A program made the translations under genes and the position numbers. A stretch of 63,993 nt of DNA, counting the filler, from Fonticula-like sp. SCN 57-25 (lineage: Eukaryota), in assembly GCA_001724245.1 (NCBI GenBank). It is 3 parts of 3 records of this genome, joined end to end, with 100 filler letters (N's around TTAATTAATTAA, not from the genome) between each part and the next. Parts side by side here need not be neighbours in the genome. Positions count along the whole stretch, not along the records: positions 1 to 23,504 come from MEDX01000068.1; positions 23,605 to 53,921 come from MEDX01000069.1; 1 more part is not named here. One strand, 5' to 3'. Positions 11,741 to 24,732 of the stretch are shown one piece after another. The notes below the pieces were generated by a model. That model saw only the letters and a program-made list of their open reading frames with translations, did no database searches and was not told the DNA's origin. Each line of letters starts with the position of its first letter. Position 1 is the stretch's first letter.

Positions 11741-12820
11741 TCAAAGTTCCTTTTTCCCTATACAAGCGATGAAAAGCGCGCTTGTATTTGTGTGCAGCGG
11801 GTGCATTCTAATAGCAAGCGGCAATTCGCTGCTCGCCAGCGCCCCCTCTGGCTTGACGCCCTCTGGCACTGGCACCATGAACGCGTCCTTTGGCCTCATT
11901 TCCTCGAGCAGCCTCTTGATCACGCCCTCGTTCTGCGCCTTTGTGAGCGAACACGTGCTGTAGACGAGCCGCCCGCCCGGCCGCAGCAGCTCAAAGCCCC
12001 TGAGCAGCAGCGCCGCCTGCAGATCGTGCAGCCCATCGAGATCCTGACCCTGCAGAAAATTCTTTGCCGCCTCGTCAGAAGTGCCGCGGCCGCCGCCAAA
12101 GGACTTTACCATGTGCCGCATGGATCCGTCGTGGGTGCACGGCGCGTCGACGAGCACGCGATCGTACAACTGCCCCGTTTGCGGCGCGATGACGGCGAGC
12201 TCGGCGTGGCAGTGCGTAAAGTTGGCGTTGGGGTAGGGGCGCTTGGGGTGCGCGGCGTCCCAGGGCGAGGCGGCGGGGGCTTCCCACGTGAACGTGCGGC
12301 CGTCGGCGACGGACATGCGAAGGCGAGGGACCGGCTGACGAACGAGCTTGAAGCGGCTAAGAAGGGTCTTGCAGGAGGCCATGCGCGTCGTGCTCGAGTC
12401 GACGGCGGTGAGGCTGCCGCGGGCGTCGAGAAGATCGGCCAGCATGGCGAGCTTGGCGCCTGGCGCGCAGCACATGTCGAGCACGTGGTGATGCGGCTGG
12501 ACCATGAGGGCGGCGACGCACACGCCAGAGCTGACGTCCATGCCAATGCAGTCGCCGCGCAGCGAGGGCGCTGTGTGGACGACACCGGGGACAGAGGGCG
12601 GCATCGACAGGAAGGAAGGGAGATACGGGACAGGGACGACATCGACGCCCAGCTCGCTCGACAGCTCCGCGGCAATCGCGATGGGATCACGGCCGGGGCG
12701 GACGCGGACAAAGCGAGGTAGTAAATGCGCATTGTCATATACGCTCGTGTCGATCCCCTGCGCGGAAAGGTACGCGCTCACGGCGGGAGGCAGCACTACG
12801 CGCTCATCGGACGCGGACAT
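11741..12820 (-). CDS. RsmB/NOL1/NOP2/Sun-family RNA cytosine-C5 methyltransferase (intronless)
   Basis: VLDMCCAPGAK, YDRVLVDAPCTHDG, LRPGGRLVYSTCSL, QNE. The upstream ORF extension overlaps WASHC4 exon 1, so ATG 12820 is preferred. Confidence 0.9.
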   Translation of the reverse strand: MSASDERVVLPPAVSAYLSAQGIDTSVYDNAHLLPRFVRVRPGRDPIAIAAELSSELGVDVVPVPYLPSFLSMPPSVPGVVHTAPSLRGDCIGMDVSSGVCVAALMVQPHHHVLDMCCAPGAKLAMLADLLDARGSLTAVDSSTTRMASCKTLLSRFKLVRQPVPRLRMSVADGRTFTWEAPAASPWDAAHPKRPYPNANFTHCHAELAVIAPQTGQLYDRVLVDAPCTHDGSMRHMVKSFGGGRGTSDEAAKNFLQGQDLDGLHDLQAALLLRGFELLRPGGRLVYSTCSLTKAQNEGVIKRLLEEMRPKDAFMVPVPEGVKPEGALASSELPLAIRMHPLHTNTSALFIACIGKKEL

Positions 12821-12847
12821 GTCTCCGGTGTTGACGGGGTCATCCAA

Positions 12848-12887
12848 TGCAAACTGCAAACTTCGTAATGATGCAAACTGCAAACTG
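12848..12887. promoter_or_regulatory. Four TGCAAACT(G) copies in the 137-bp bidirectional promoter between the methyltransferase and WASHC4
   Basis: atgcaaactgcaaact ... atgcaaactgcaaactg. Confidence 0.55.
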
Positions 12888-12957
12888 ACGCCGGTGTGTT
12901 TTTGTTGCTTTGCTTCTTTCCTGCGGCGCCGGACCGACGCTGAGAAAGGAAGCGGCG

Positions 12958-15900
12958 ATGCCTCCGGGTCAACCTGTGAACTCGGGCTGGGGCCAAGCAG
13001 AGTTTGACGATGGCGCTGCCAAAGGTGCGCATTTCTCTTCATTTTGCCGCTGCTTTTTGTAATATGTTTTTCTGACCTGTTTTGGCGTGATTCAGCTGAA
13101 AAGTCGCGCAAGGAGTTTGAGCGCTTCTCCAAGCTGTCCACCGAGTATGCCGACAAGCTTGACGGGATTGCGAACGCGCTTGAGCAGTCGCTCGTGACCG
13201 ATGTCGACCTGAACTACGCGCCGATCCGCGTGGACCTCGTGCCGTACGAGAGCCTCACTGTCCTCCAGCTGATCAACACCAAGAACAAGACGCTCAACAA
13301 GGTGCTCATGGCGCTGTCCAGCCTCTGCATCGAGGTCGAGACGCTCAAGACCGAGGTACATTTTCCTTTTTAGTGTCCTTTTTATCTAACGTGTCTTTTA
13401 TTCAGGCGGTGAACATTTTCTTCCCGCCGCTCGTGACCTACGGTGAGACGCTGCGCGACAATGCCGCGCCCGAGGGCGAATCTCAGGAGCGCATGGGCCG
13501 CATGCTCAGCTTTTTCCAGGACGCCTGCGGCTTTGTGAACCGGTACGCTTATATTATAATGGCAAGTGTCTTTACTGACTTTTTGCTTCACAGTGTGTAT
13601 GCCGCCGTGCGCAACATTCTCCAGCAGCTCGGCGCCCTGTACGTCCCCTCCAAGGCGAACAAGGTCAAGCTCGACATGCAAGGCGTTCACCAGCAGCTTG
13701 TCTTTGAGAAGCTCGCCGACGCCCTCGGCATCCTTCTCACGATGGACACGATCATCAACTCGAACGAGCATCTCCTCGATGACTGGCAGCGCTACGGCAG
13801 CATGATGAGCCTGATCCGCGCCGATCCTCTCCGCGTCGGCCTCGACGGCATGCCGCAGTTCTTCATGCTCGAAAAGATGCTGCTCACCTTTGCTGGCACG
13901 CTGCTTGAGGGCAACATTTTCAACGCGTGCCTCTCGCAGCAGTTTGACGTTGACCGCCTCGTCAGCGTCACGCGCAACATTGCGCTCGCCGCCGAGATGG
14001 ACGTCAACATCCGCGGCTACTTTGCCGCGCTCGGCGCCCGCGTCGGCGAAAGCAACGAGATTGATCAGCGCCAGCGCTTCATTGGCTTCATGGGTCTCTA
14101 CGCCATGTTTACGCGCTTTTACGCGCCCAATGTCGACAAGAAGCTGTTCAAGCAGATCTTTATGACGGTGAAAAAGATTCCGATTGTGCACCTTTACGGA
14201 AACGTTTCGTTCCGCTTTGAGCGCTTCTTTGACGAGCAGCTGCGCGCGGGTGTCCAGCAGGCGGGGCTCAAGACGGTCGAGCTGCGCCAGGCGGTCGTCG
14301 ATCGCGTCAAGCGCTCAGACGACAACATGGCCGCGTACGCCAAGCTCATTTGTTTTCATTTTATGTTGTGTTTTTGATGTGTTTTTGATATGTTTTCCGC
14401 CTCTTTTGCCGCTTTTTGCGCCTTTTCCCGCACTTTTTCGCTGACATTTTCCTTTTCTACAGGACCTTTGACAACCTGTACAACCAGGTTTGCTGCTGGA
14501 TGGTCCGCATGCAGAGCGAGCTCAAGGAAGTCAAGGCGCCCGAGATGCTTGTGACGCGCAGCGCTCTCCTTCTTCAGGGCATCATGCTCGCCGCCGCGCT
14601 CAACCACACCATCAAGGACTCTCTGAGCACTCACCTCGCCACGAATGCGCCGATCAGCAAGCGCATTGCCCGCTGCCTCGCGCGCCTCATTGAGCTGTTA
14701 AAGTCCATTGAAGACTCGTTCAACCGCCACAACATTTCGATTGCGCGCACTCTCCCGCACATCCAGCAGACGATTCTGCTTCAGCTGTACCGCACGGTGA
14801 ACCCCGTCCGCGACCGCATTGCCCTGAACAAGCGCATGAATGACTCTACCATTGACACGCTCGCCGCGCTCGACCTCTTTGTGAGCATGATTGACGGCCC
14901 GGCGACGCGCGACCGCATCATCACCGCCGAGCTCGCGCTCGCGCAAGCGATGCAGCAGCCGATTCTGCGCGACGAGGAGTTGGCGGGAATTCGCGCTGCG
15001 CTGCGCAAGCTTGAGGTCATTTCGACGCTGCAGCTGCGCGTGACTGAGCTGTGCCGCACCGAGTACATTTACTGGAACCGCCAGCTTCTTCCCACGTACT
15101 TTTCCGAGCTGTACGAGTCGCCGCAGGACGCCTTCTGCCTGCAGTACGTCATGTCTGCGATTGAGGACGCGCGCCCGCTTCTCCAGCGCTCCGTTTCCGA
15201 CCCCAAGGAGCTGCTTGACGGCTACGAGCGCGACATCACCGACCTGCTCTTCAGCAACATTGTGACGCGCCTCGCCGACGACATTGAAAAGGACCTTATT
15301 TGGTGCAGCCACCCCGCCGAGATGCGCCAGGAGGACCGCAACCCTTTCAAAGTAGAGCGCCGCGACCTGACGCCGTTCCTGCGCATCAAGCCGCTGCACT
15401 TTTTCGACAAGACCATTGAGATCAAGACCCACGTCACTCACCAGCTTGACCGCAACCTGTACAACCTGACTGCCGTGCGCAGCAGCAGCTGGACGGCGTT
15501 CGCCGACATGCGCAACCTCGCCTTTGAAAAGTACGGCATTGAGATGACCGAGGTTCACCTGCCGGTGCACACGGTCGAGCAGGGCGCCGACGTGCTCGAG
15601 ATCATGCGCAACATTACGAGCTTTGTGGCGAGCTTCAACTACAACATGAACAACCAGATGTTTGTGGAAAAGTCGTCAAACAGCAAGCATCTCGAGACGA
15701 TCAACATTCGCCACGTCGCAAACTCGATTCGCACGCACGGCACCGGCATGATGAACACGACAATCAACGTCACGTACCAGTTCCTGCGCAAAAAGTTCAA
15801 GGTCTTTTCCGAGTTCCTCTACGACGACCACATCAAGTCGCGCCTCATCAAGGAAGCGCGCTACTTCCGCGACAACAAGACGACGCTCAACCAGCGCTTC

Positions 15901-16755
15901 CCGTACGAGCGCGCCGAAAAGTTCCAGGTCGGCATCCGCGAGCTCGGCCAGACGGACGGCCTCACGTACCTCGACCAATTCCGGCTTTTGATTACGTCAA
16001 TCGGTAACGCGATTGGCTACGTGCGCATGGTGCGGTCGGGCGGGCTGCACTATAGCAGCAAGGCGATCAACTTTGTGCCGGATGTGGCGGAAATTATCGA
16101 GTTCCAGGACCTTATCAAGGAGGAGCAGATGTCGCAGGAGGACGCGGTGAGTGGTCGCCTGCTTGATGTCGCGATTGAAAACCTTTCAAAGAACTTTGGC
16201 GAGGCGACAGACTACTTTCAGCTGCTTGTCAATGTGTTTAGCAAAGAGTTCCGCGACACCAAAAACGTTCATCTTCGCAACTTTTACACGATTATTCCCG
16301 CTCTGACGATCAACTTTATCGAGACGCTTATTGCCACAAAGGAGCGCATTGACAAGAAGCGCAACGACGGCGCGACCTTTTCCGACGACGGGTTCGCCAT
16401 GGGCCTCGCGTACATTCTCAAGCTGCTCGACCAGAACCTCGCGTTCGACTCGCTGCACTGGTTCTCGAGCGTGCACGAGTACTACACGGCGCAGATTGAC
16501 GGCACGGCGCAGCGGCGCAGGGGCGAGCAGCTGCAGGCGCAGCAGGTGTTTAAGAGAAAGATGCAGTTTTACCAGCGCGAGTATGATTTGCTGTACGTGA
16601 CGTTGACGGGCGCGCGCATCTTTTTCAGGGAGGAGGGAGAGAACTTTGCGACGGCGACGGTCGAGAAGAAGGGGAGCGATAACGCCGAGAGCGCGGCGGA
16701 TGCGGGCACGATTCAGACGCCGGCAGAGGCGCCGCAGACGCCCACTGAGGGTTGA
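12958..16755 (+). CDS. WASHC4: WASH complex subunit 4 (SWIP/WASHC4), 4 introns
   Basis: WGQAEFDDGAAK, VPYESLTVLQLINTKNKTLNKV, QGADVLEIMRNI, NIRHVANSIRTHGTGMMNTTINVTYQFL, DDGFAMGLAYILKLLDQ, FDSLHWF. Confidence 0.95.
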
Positions 16756-17056
16756 GTTTGTTTGGTTTGTAGTGCTAGATGCGCTTTAATAGAATTTGGT
16801 TTATATGCAATTTGATACACATTACGAAAGCTGTGCAATTTGGATACAATTTGGGCTGTTTGTGAGTACTTTTTGATACTTTTGAGGACTTTCGGAGTAC
16901 TTTTGGGTATTTTTCAAGGTACTTTTTGATTCGTTCAGCTCGTTCCACATAAAGAGGTACTGATATTTGGTCTGTGCGCCTAGTTATGGCATGACATTGA
17001 CATAAAGTAGTACAAGTAGATGACAAAATGCAAAAATAAACAACTAAATATGCTAT

Positions 17057-17956
17057 CTACTTGAACGCCGGCAGCGCGTTCATCCGCGCCATCTGCCTGA
17101 GCAGCTGGTACACAAACGGGTACCAGTTGTGCTTCCTGCGCACGTTCTCCTTTGCCTCTGCCTCTGCGAGCTCCTCTTCCGCGGCGATGGCGGCGAGCAG
17201 CTCATCTCTCCTGGCGGCCATCTCTGCGGCCTCGTGCGGCTCGACGGCCGTGATCGCCGCCTCGATCGTGGCGATCTCCTCCCTGCACGCCGCGCGCTTG
17301 TCTCGCGTGACGGCCAGCAGCGAGAAGCGCAGCTCGGACGACTCGTACAGCTTCATGCGCTCCTCGATGTGCGGCGCGGCGATGCTCAGCCAGTCGTCAG
17401 CATCGGGGCACGCGCCGAGATCGACGGGGCCGGGAAGGAGGCCGTCCAGCTCGTAGAGGCGGCCGTTCACGGGCACGTACGAGATAAAGTGGAACGCGTC
17501 CTCGGTGCCGCCGCTCTGCTGCTTCTCGTCGACGACCTCGAGGCGCGCAAAGCTGTTGTGCGCGGCGCGGATCGCATCGCTGTTGGTGATGGCGTCGCCC
17601 TTGAGATCAGGGGGAAAGTCGGAGGTGAACTCGCGGAACTGTGCAAGGTCGGTGCCGAGGTCAATGTCGGGGCGGTTAAGCAGGACGCTCAGGATCGCCT
17701 GCGTCGCGCACGCGTTCTGGATGCGCTGCTGCGCGAAAAAGACATTGGCGGGAGCGGGATCCGCCACCACGCGGGGGGCGGAGGACGGGACCCACTTGAA
17801 GAGGAAGATGAGGCCGTAGACGGGGCGGGGGATGTCCGCGTCAGCAAGAGTGTAAATCTCGCGGACCTGCACGTCGCGGACGCCAAAGTCGCGGATAAGC
17901 TCGGTGAACACGCCGGGATCGCTCTCGATCAGGCACCACGACGCAGAGTCGCCCAT
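17057..17956 (-). CDS. UCHL5: Ubiquitin C-terminal hydrolase UCH37/UCHL5 (intronless)
   Basis: WCLIESDPGVFTELI, Cys box QNACATQA, AFHFISY, YELDGL, C-terminal ENVRRKHNW. Confidence 0.95.
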   Translation of the reverse strand: MGDSASWCLIESDPGVFTELIRDFGVRDVQVREIYTLADADIPRPVYGLIFLFKWVPSSAPRVVADPAPANVFFAQQRIQNACATQAILSVLLNRPDIDLGTDLAQFREFTSDFPPDLKGDAITNSDAIRAAHNSFARLEVVDEKQQSGGTEDAFHFISYVPVNGRLYELDGLLPGPVDLGACPDADDWLSIAAPHIEERMKLYESSELRFSLLAVTRDKRAACREEIATIEAAITAVEPHEAAEMAARRDELLAAIAAEEELAEAEAKENVRRKHNWYPFVYQLLRQMARMNALPAFK

Positions 17957-18042
17957 GATGACAAAGTGAAACGCAGAATGGCAGAGTTGAAGGAATCGCA
18001 TGCGATTTTGGGTGCGATTTACATAGGTGTCAGCTCGACAGC

Positions 18043-21000
18043 ATGGAAGCAGGTGTCAAGGCGCTGCTGCAGGGCGCGCTGTCGCCGGTGCAGCAGGAGG
18101 TCGCCGCTTCCGAGGCGGCGCTTCGCAAGGCAGAGGAGGAGCATGAGAGTGCGTCTTTATGCTCTTATGCGCTATACGCTCACACTGCAATAGGCTTTCC
18201 TGCCGTCGTTGCGGGCATCGCGATCAACCGCGCCGAGCCCGTGGGCCTGCGTCAGCTCGCGCTGCTTCTTCTTCAGCAGTACGTGCGCCGCCACTGGACG
18301 GCGCTTTCGGAGCAGTACGTTGAAGGGACCATTGTCCCGTCAGAGGCGACCAAGGCGGCCGTTCGCCAGTCGCTGATCCCCAACCTTGCCGATCCGACGC
18401 ACCGCGTGCGCACCGTGTCGGCGTATGTGCTCGCCAAGATCGCGTACTGGGACTGGCCGGACCACTTTCCTCAGCTCTTCCCCGCGCTCGTTGACTGCCT
18501 CAAGAGCGGCGACGCGAACGCCGTGCACGGCGCGATGCGATGCCTGTCCGAATTCACGAGCGTCATCACGGACCAGCAGATCCCGGTGATCCTGCCTCAG
18601 CTGCTCCCCGAGCTGCTGCACATCGCCACCAACCCGCAGCTCTTTTCGTGCCGCGTGCGCTGCCGCGCCATCTCTGTGCTTCGCGCGTGCCTCACGAGCC
18701 TGTACATGCTGAGCGAGACGCACAAGAGCCAGGTCTCTGCCATGGTCAAGCAGGTGACCAGCCAGTGGCTCCCCGCCTTTACCGCTATCTTGTGCGAACA
18801 CCAATGTCACTTTAGTGTATTCTAACGCGCTTTATATTTGTTTAGCACGCAAATTGGCCCTGTTGGCGCGCCCACTGCCGACGAGAGCGACGGCCTCCTT
18901 CGCATGGAAGTCCTTCAATCGCTTGCTCTCCTCGTCAAATCCTTCCCGCAGTCAGTCAAGGACCTCCCGCCCGCCCTTCTCCAGGTCGTCTGGTCGAGCC
19001 TCGTCACCGCACGTGACGCCTACGTCACCTCTGTCGTGCACTCTGACGACGGCGAAGACGCTTCGTACGACTCTGACGGCGACGCCATCAGCCTCGCCTA
19101 CCAAGTCAGCGCCCTTTTCGACCTTGTCCGCGAGATGAGCGAGCGCAAAAAACTGCAGGCAATGCTTCGCCAGTCGCTCGACACGCTCATATACCTTCTC
19201 ATTGCCTACCTGCAAATCTCTGAAGAGCAAGTATCGTCGTGGCTCTCTGACGTGAACCAGTACTCGCAGGACACGGACGAGAACGAGTACCTTTCCGTGA
19301 GCGTCCGCAGCTCGAGCCAGGAACTTCTCATGACACTCTGCATGTCTTTCACCGCCCCCGCGCTCGTCGCCGTCGTTGCCGCCGTCTCGCGGCACTGCGC
19401 CGAAGCAGTTGAACTGCGCGGTTCGTCCTCGCCCGCCGCGCCGCACTGGTGGAAGCAGCAGGAAGCCGCAATGGCCGCCGTCGGGCTTCTCGCCGAAGAG
19501 CTGAGCGACGCCGCCGACGCCGGCCGCGTCCAGTTTTCCTTTGAGCAGTTTGCGCGCGCCGTCGTCGTGCCGTCGGCGACCGACGCGGCGCACCCATTCC
19601 TGCGCGGGCGCGCGCTCTGGCTCGCCAGCCGCATCACGCCGTCACTGCCCGACGCCATGAGCAGCGCGTTTCTGGATATGGCCGTGCACGCGCTCGAGCC
19701 GTCCGTCGCGCCGGTCGTCCGCGTCGACGCACTGCGCGCTTTAATGAACTTTATGCAGTCGTGCGACGGGACTGAAATTGCGCCGCACGCGCCGCGCCTG
19801 CTTGCTTCGCTGCCGCACTTGGCGGCGTCGGCGAGCGAAGATTTGCTGACTCTGTGTGCTGAAGCGCTTCGCATGTGCATTGCGGTGAGCGGCGAGACGG
19901 CGGTGCAGCACCGCGAGATGCTCGTGCCGTTTGTGCTGCAGCTGTGGGAGCGCGGACGTGACGACCTTATCGCGTCGAGCGCCGTCGTCGACATTGTTGA
20001 TGAGCTGGCGGCGCTGCCGGCGTGCCGCGAGACCCTTTTGCGTGCTGCGCTTCCCACTGTGCTGCACATTCTTCGCACGCCGACATTTGAAGCGGCCGTT
20101 CAGGGCATTGCACTGCAAGTGTTGTGTGCAATGCTGCGCTTTTCGACGACGCCAATTGAAGCTTCCTTGATGACTGACGCGTTCCCGCTCGTCGCGCACA
20201 TTGCAATTACGACGCAGGACGACTCGCAGCTCGTCCACGAGGCCACGGCGTGCCTGCGCTACTTTGTACTCCACGGCGCCGAGCAGATCGCCTCCTGGTC
20301 CTCTATTTCAGCATCTGGTTCCCCTGAAAGTGGCCTGCAAGTGCTCATGAATGTGATTGCACATGAGCTGCGCGCGTCATCCGAAACAGCGACGAGCAAC
20401 GTTGGCGAACTTGTCTTGACTGTCGTGCGTCGCATGGGCGGCCTGTTGGGCGATCTCCTTCCTCAGCTGCTTCGCGCTGTGCTTGACCGCCTCGCCAATG
20501 CGCGCTCCCTCGCGCTGACGCAATCACTTTTGCTCGTCTTTGCGCGCCTGATGCTCGACCATCTCGACGACGTTCTCGCCTTTCTCGTGTCGGTTCGCTA
20601 CCCGACCGACAGCGGCGCTGAGCAGGACGGCTTTCAAGTGCTTATGGAAAAGTGGTGCGAGCACGCGCACGACTTTACGTCTGCGTTCAGCGTCAAGATT
20701 AGCACGCTCGCGCTGCTGCGGCTGTACATGACGCGCAACCCGCGGCTACTTTCCACGACTGTTCCTGGCGACATTCCCGTGCAGGTGAACGAGGGAAGGC
20801 AGCTGAGGTCGAGGACAAAGAAGCGCGCTGAGGAAAGGCCGCGCATCCCATTGGCTGCAAAGCTGCTCAAGACGCTCGTCGGGGAACTCGCGACACTGCT
20901 TGAAAACAAGCACGGCGTGGCGCCGCCGGGTGAAGAAGATGACGGCGATTGGGTCGACAGCGGCGACGAAGAAGATGAAGATGAGGAAGGTGATGACGTG

Positions 21001-21321
21001 GCAGATTATGAAGGGACGTACCAGGCGAGGCACGGCACGCCGTTCGCGTCCGCCGACGAGATTGACCTGTCTGAGCTGCTCGAGGCGGGCAATGACGGCG
21101 ACGAAATCAACTTGGACGACGCGGCAGACGCACGTGACCCGGCGGTGCGGTCGGACCCGTATTATGGCGTGGATTTGGCGGCCGAGTTGCTTGGGTTCTT
21201 TAGGGCAGAGGCGGTGCAGCCGGCGGCGGTGCCGCTGTTGGCGTACTTTGGGGAGGCCGAGAATGACAGGCTGAAATTTATTATGGGGACGATTGTAAAG
21301 GCGGATGCGGCGGGAAAGTAG
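18043..21321 (+). CDS. IPO9: Importin-9 (HEAT-repeat karyopherin), 2 introns
   Basis: IBN_N RQLALLLLQQYVRRHW, IAYWDWPDHFPQLF, WWKQQEAAM, HPFLRGRALW, LTQSLLLVFARL, RSRTKK, acidic loop. Confidence 0.92.
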
Positions 21322-21488
21322 AAAAGAGTTGTTTTGTATATAAATAATACAATTTTGGGCGTATTGGGCGCTTTTACATTACTTTTATGTTTGCAGCGCA
21401 CCAAATAATACATTTTATCAATTGGCATTCCATTCTGCCCCTGCTCAAAAGCGACGGTCGATTGATCGATATGGTGAGAATAGTAATC

Positions 21489-23425
21489 ATGCCGACGAGC
21501 GGCCTTCAGAATGTTGAAGGGGCGACGGCCGTGCCGACGTTTGTCGTCACGCAGCCGTCGCGCGGCAACCTGGCGCGCAGCGGCTCGAGCAACAACCTCT
21601 CCATGCCGCGTAACCTCTCCAACTCGAATTTTACGATGCAGAGGAACCAGTCGTCAAACAGCCTAAACTCGATGGGCGCGCGGACCCTGTCGAGCCAGGA
21701 TCTCTCGCGCATGTCGGAGCAGATCGTAAAGTGCGTCTCGCTTTTATATATTAACTATACAATTTCATGCTTTGTTATGCTTTTGTGCATGTCTTTGTGC
21801 CTTTGCGCATACTAACGCCGATCATAGGCAGCCGAGCAAGCTCATGGAGCACTCGATGGCCAAGGAGGGCGACGGCTGGGAGATTGGTGACGTCGATGAG
21901 GACGACGTCCAGCGCAAATTCGACGACCTTTTCGTGGCGGACTTTCAGCGGACGCTCGAAAAAGAAGTGAATTCCGGCGACAAGAAGCTCACGACACTAA
22001 GTTTCCTTGATCTTTCTCCCATGATCAAGGACGGCATCGAGAGCATCGTCAAGGTACGCCGTGATTCCCATGTGTTTTCCGCATGAATCCCCATCCTTTT
22101 CACCTCATTTTCGTGGCTATTTTACTCACACTTTACTTTAGGACTCTTTCACGCGCTGCTTCCGCTCGCAGTCCACCAACCACTGGAACTGGAACTTTTA
22201 CCTGATGTCGCTGTACGCCATGGGCGTCGTCGTGCGCTACTGCATCCTGTTCCCGCTGCGCCTCCTCGTCCTTCTCCTCGGCTTCATGCTCTTTTTCATG
22301 GCCAAGCCCATTGTCAACCGCGCCTTCCGCAACGACCGCAAGCGCCGCCGCCACTTTCAGCGCCTCCTGATCCGCTTCCTCTGCGGCGCCTTTGCCCTCT
22401 CGTGGTCCGCCGTCATAAAGTACCACGGCGCGCGCCCGCCGCGCCGCGCCAACCAAGTTTTCGTTGCCAACCACACGTCGCTCATCGACGTCGTCGTGCT
22501 CGGCCTCGACCAGGTGTACTCTTTCGTCGGGCAGCGGCACGTCGGCTTTGTCGGCCTGCTGCAGGACTACCTGCTCGACGGCATGGACTGCCTGTGGTTC
22601 AACCGCATGGAGACGCAGGACAGGCAAATGGTGGCGAGGAAGATTAGGGAGCACGTGCAGGACCACGAAAAGACGCCGCTGCTCATCTTTCCCGAGGGGA
22701 CGTGCGTCAACAACAAGCACATTGTCATGTTCAAGAGAGGAGTACGGAAATTGTGGATGGGGAATATGGACTGACATTGGGTTAGGCTTTCGATTTGGGG
22801 GCAAGTGTGTGCCCAATTGCCATCAAGTACAAGTACGTAGAGTTTATTTTGCTATTTTGGTGCTATTTCGGTGCTTTTTGTGCAATCTGGGTCATATTTT
22901 GATTGTTTTGCCTCCTTTTGTGCACATTTTCGATCCTTTTCCACTCTTTTTTGGCTCTATCTAACCTCATTTCACAGCAAAATCTTTGTGGACGCCTTCT
23001 GGAACTCTAAAAAGCAGTCGTTCCCCGAGCACCTCTTCCGCCTCATGACGAGCTGGGCCGTCGTGGTGCGCATTTCCCGCCAAAAATCCCCCTCTTTTCT
23101 GACAGCCCTGCTGCAACCCTGTGCTTAGGCCGACGTGTACTACCTTGAGCCTCAGACGCGCCTTCCCGAAGAGAGCGTTACTGGCTTTGCCGACCGCGTC
23201 AAGAAGCTGATTGCCAAGCGCGCGCGCCTCGTGCCCGTGCCGTGGGACGGCTACCTAAAGTACTACCGGCCGCGGCCGTCGTTCCTCGAGCACCGCCAGC
23301 AGGTCGTTGCCAACATGCTGCGGTTCCGGTTCAACTTGACTGACGAGAACGAGACGGCGGGCGAGGGGGCGGCCGAGGCGCACGAGGAGGGCGAGGAAAG
23401 GAGAGACGAAAAGAAGGAGGATTAG
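21489..23425 (+). CDS. Glycerol-3-phosphate acyltransferase GPAT3/4 (GPAT9-like), multi-exon
   Basis: DSFTRCF..WNWNFYL, VANHTSLID, LLIFPEGTCVNN, MFKRG, FVDAFWNS, LMTSWAVV, VPWDGYLKY. Confidence 0.93.
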
Positions 23426-23504
23426 ATAGGGGAATTGTGTATTTTCATTTGTGTTTGTCGCTTTGGGGCCGCGGATATGGCCAGCAATATATATTGAGAC
23501 TATC

Positions 23505-23604
23505 NNNNNNNNNNNNNNNNNNNNNNNNNNNNNNNNNNNNNNNNNNNNTTAATTAATTAANNNNNNNNNNNNNNNNNNNNNNNNNNNNNNNNNNNNNNNN
23601 NNNN
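23505..23604. other. Artificial contig linker (N44-TTAATTAATTAA-N44)
   Basis: Exactly 100 nt; the central 12-mer has stops in all six frames; identical to 53922-54021. Confidence 0.95.
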
Positions 23605-24471
23605 CCAACCTCATGGTGCAGCATTACATGTTTACGCGCAACACGGTCAATGAAACACAGTGCCTCAAGCAGTCGCTCAAGCTCGAGCCGCTCGGCAAGA
23701 AGGAAGTTCTGGCCAATAACAGCGATATTTACGAAGAGTACCTGTCGTACTTTATGGAGAATGTGGCATCAGAGTCGCCGCGGGACCACACGCCAATCGA
23801 GGACAACCGCATTGACATTGGCGACGACGAGCAAGATGATGATGAGGAAGATGACGGCGGCGATGACGGCGGTGATAATGTCGTACCTTCGCTGCCGTCG
23901 CTGCCGTCGCCGCCGCAACTTCCGCCGATTTCGCCGGTCTTTGCGGCGCAGGTGCATCATGCCAGCGCGTCGCCCGTCATCGCTGTCTCGCAGGGAACTA
24001 CTTTTGCAAATCCCACCGACAGCAACGCCGACTTTGACAGCGCTTATGAAAACTCGATGCGCACGCTGGCGCGGCCGCTCACGGTGGACATTGGCGGCGA
24101 CCACGATTTCGACCTCGAGCTCACACAGCTCGGCGGCGGCGCTCCGTACGCACAAAATCACCTAATAAATGTGCATAAACTGACGCGCTTTTTCTAGCGC
24201 GAGCTCGACTGGGACTCTATCGCGTCCGCCTGCGTACCCCGCCGCGCCGGAATCCGCCCCGGAATCCGCGCCGAGTCTGCCTGGCGACAAGACACACGTG
24301 ATCAACCAGGGCGACATGCACGTGACAATGTCGTCGGCAGCGGCCGCGGCGCACCATGTGCAGCAGGCGCAGCGTCAGGCGCAGATGGCGGCCGCGGGCG
24401 ACGCGCCAGAAGATATTGACGATGAATATGACGCGCTACTTGTCCGCCTTGAAGGGCTTCGCGACACGTAG
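23605..24471 (+). CDS. 3' part of a gene truncated by the linker; acidic/Pro-rich with a C-terminal MIM1-like motif (possibly IST1/ESCRT-III associated)
   Basis: Intron 24146-24196. Ends DIDDEYDALLVRLEGLRDT*, resembling D-x-x-x-L-x-x-R-L-x-x-L-R MIT-interacting motifs. Family assignment is weak. Confidence 0.45.
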
Positions 24472-24732
24472 AGGATTACAATGTCATGATTTGTACTATT
24501 TTACACATGGTTGTTGATGTTTCCAAGGTGGGTCTGCTGTCAATTTGTGTCGATTTCCGCTTCTGCTGTGGTCGACTGTCTGCTGATTGTAAATGTTTGC
24601 ATAGATTCAATACTAATAATTCTGAGATTGATGTATTAAATCAATGATGGTCTAGTCTGTACAAGGCAGATGAATTGATAAAGAGCGCAAAATATGTAAC
24701 AATGACGGACAAGAAGCGCAAAAATGTACCGA

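Noticed and set aside
12821-13156. N-terminal extension of the methyltransferase given by the ORF track
   Set aside because: It overlaps conserved WASHC4 exons on the opposite strand and crosses the promoter motif cluster; ATG 12820 is more plausible.
23549-23560. TTAATTAATTAA as a biological site (PacI-like or piggyBac TTAA target)
   Set aside because: It is centred in exactly 44+44 Ns and occurs twice; it is an assembly spacer.
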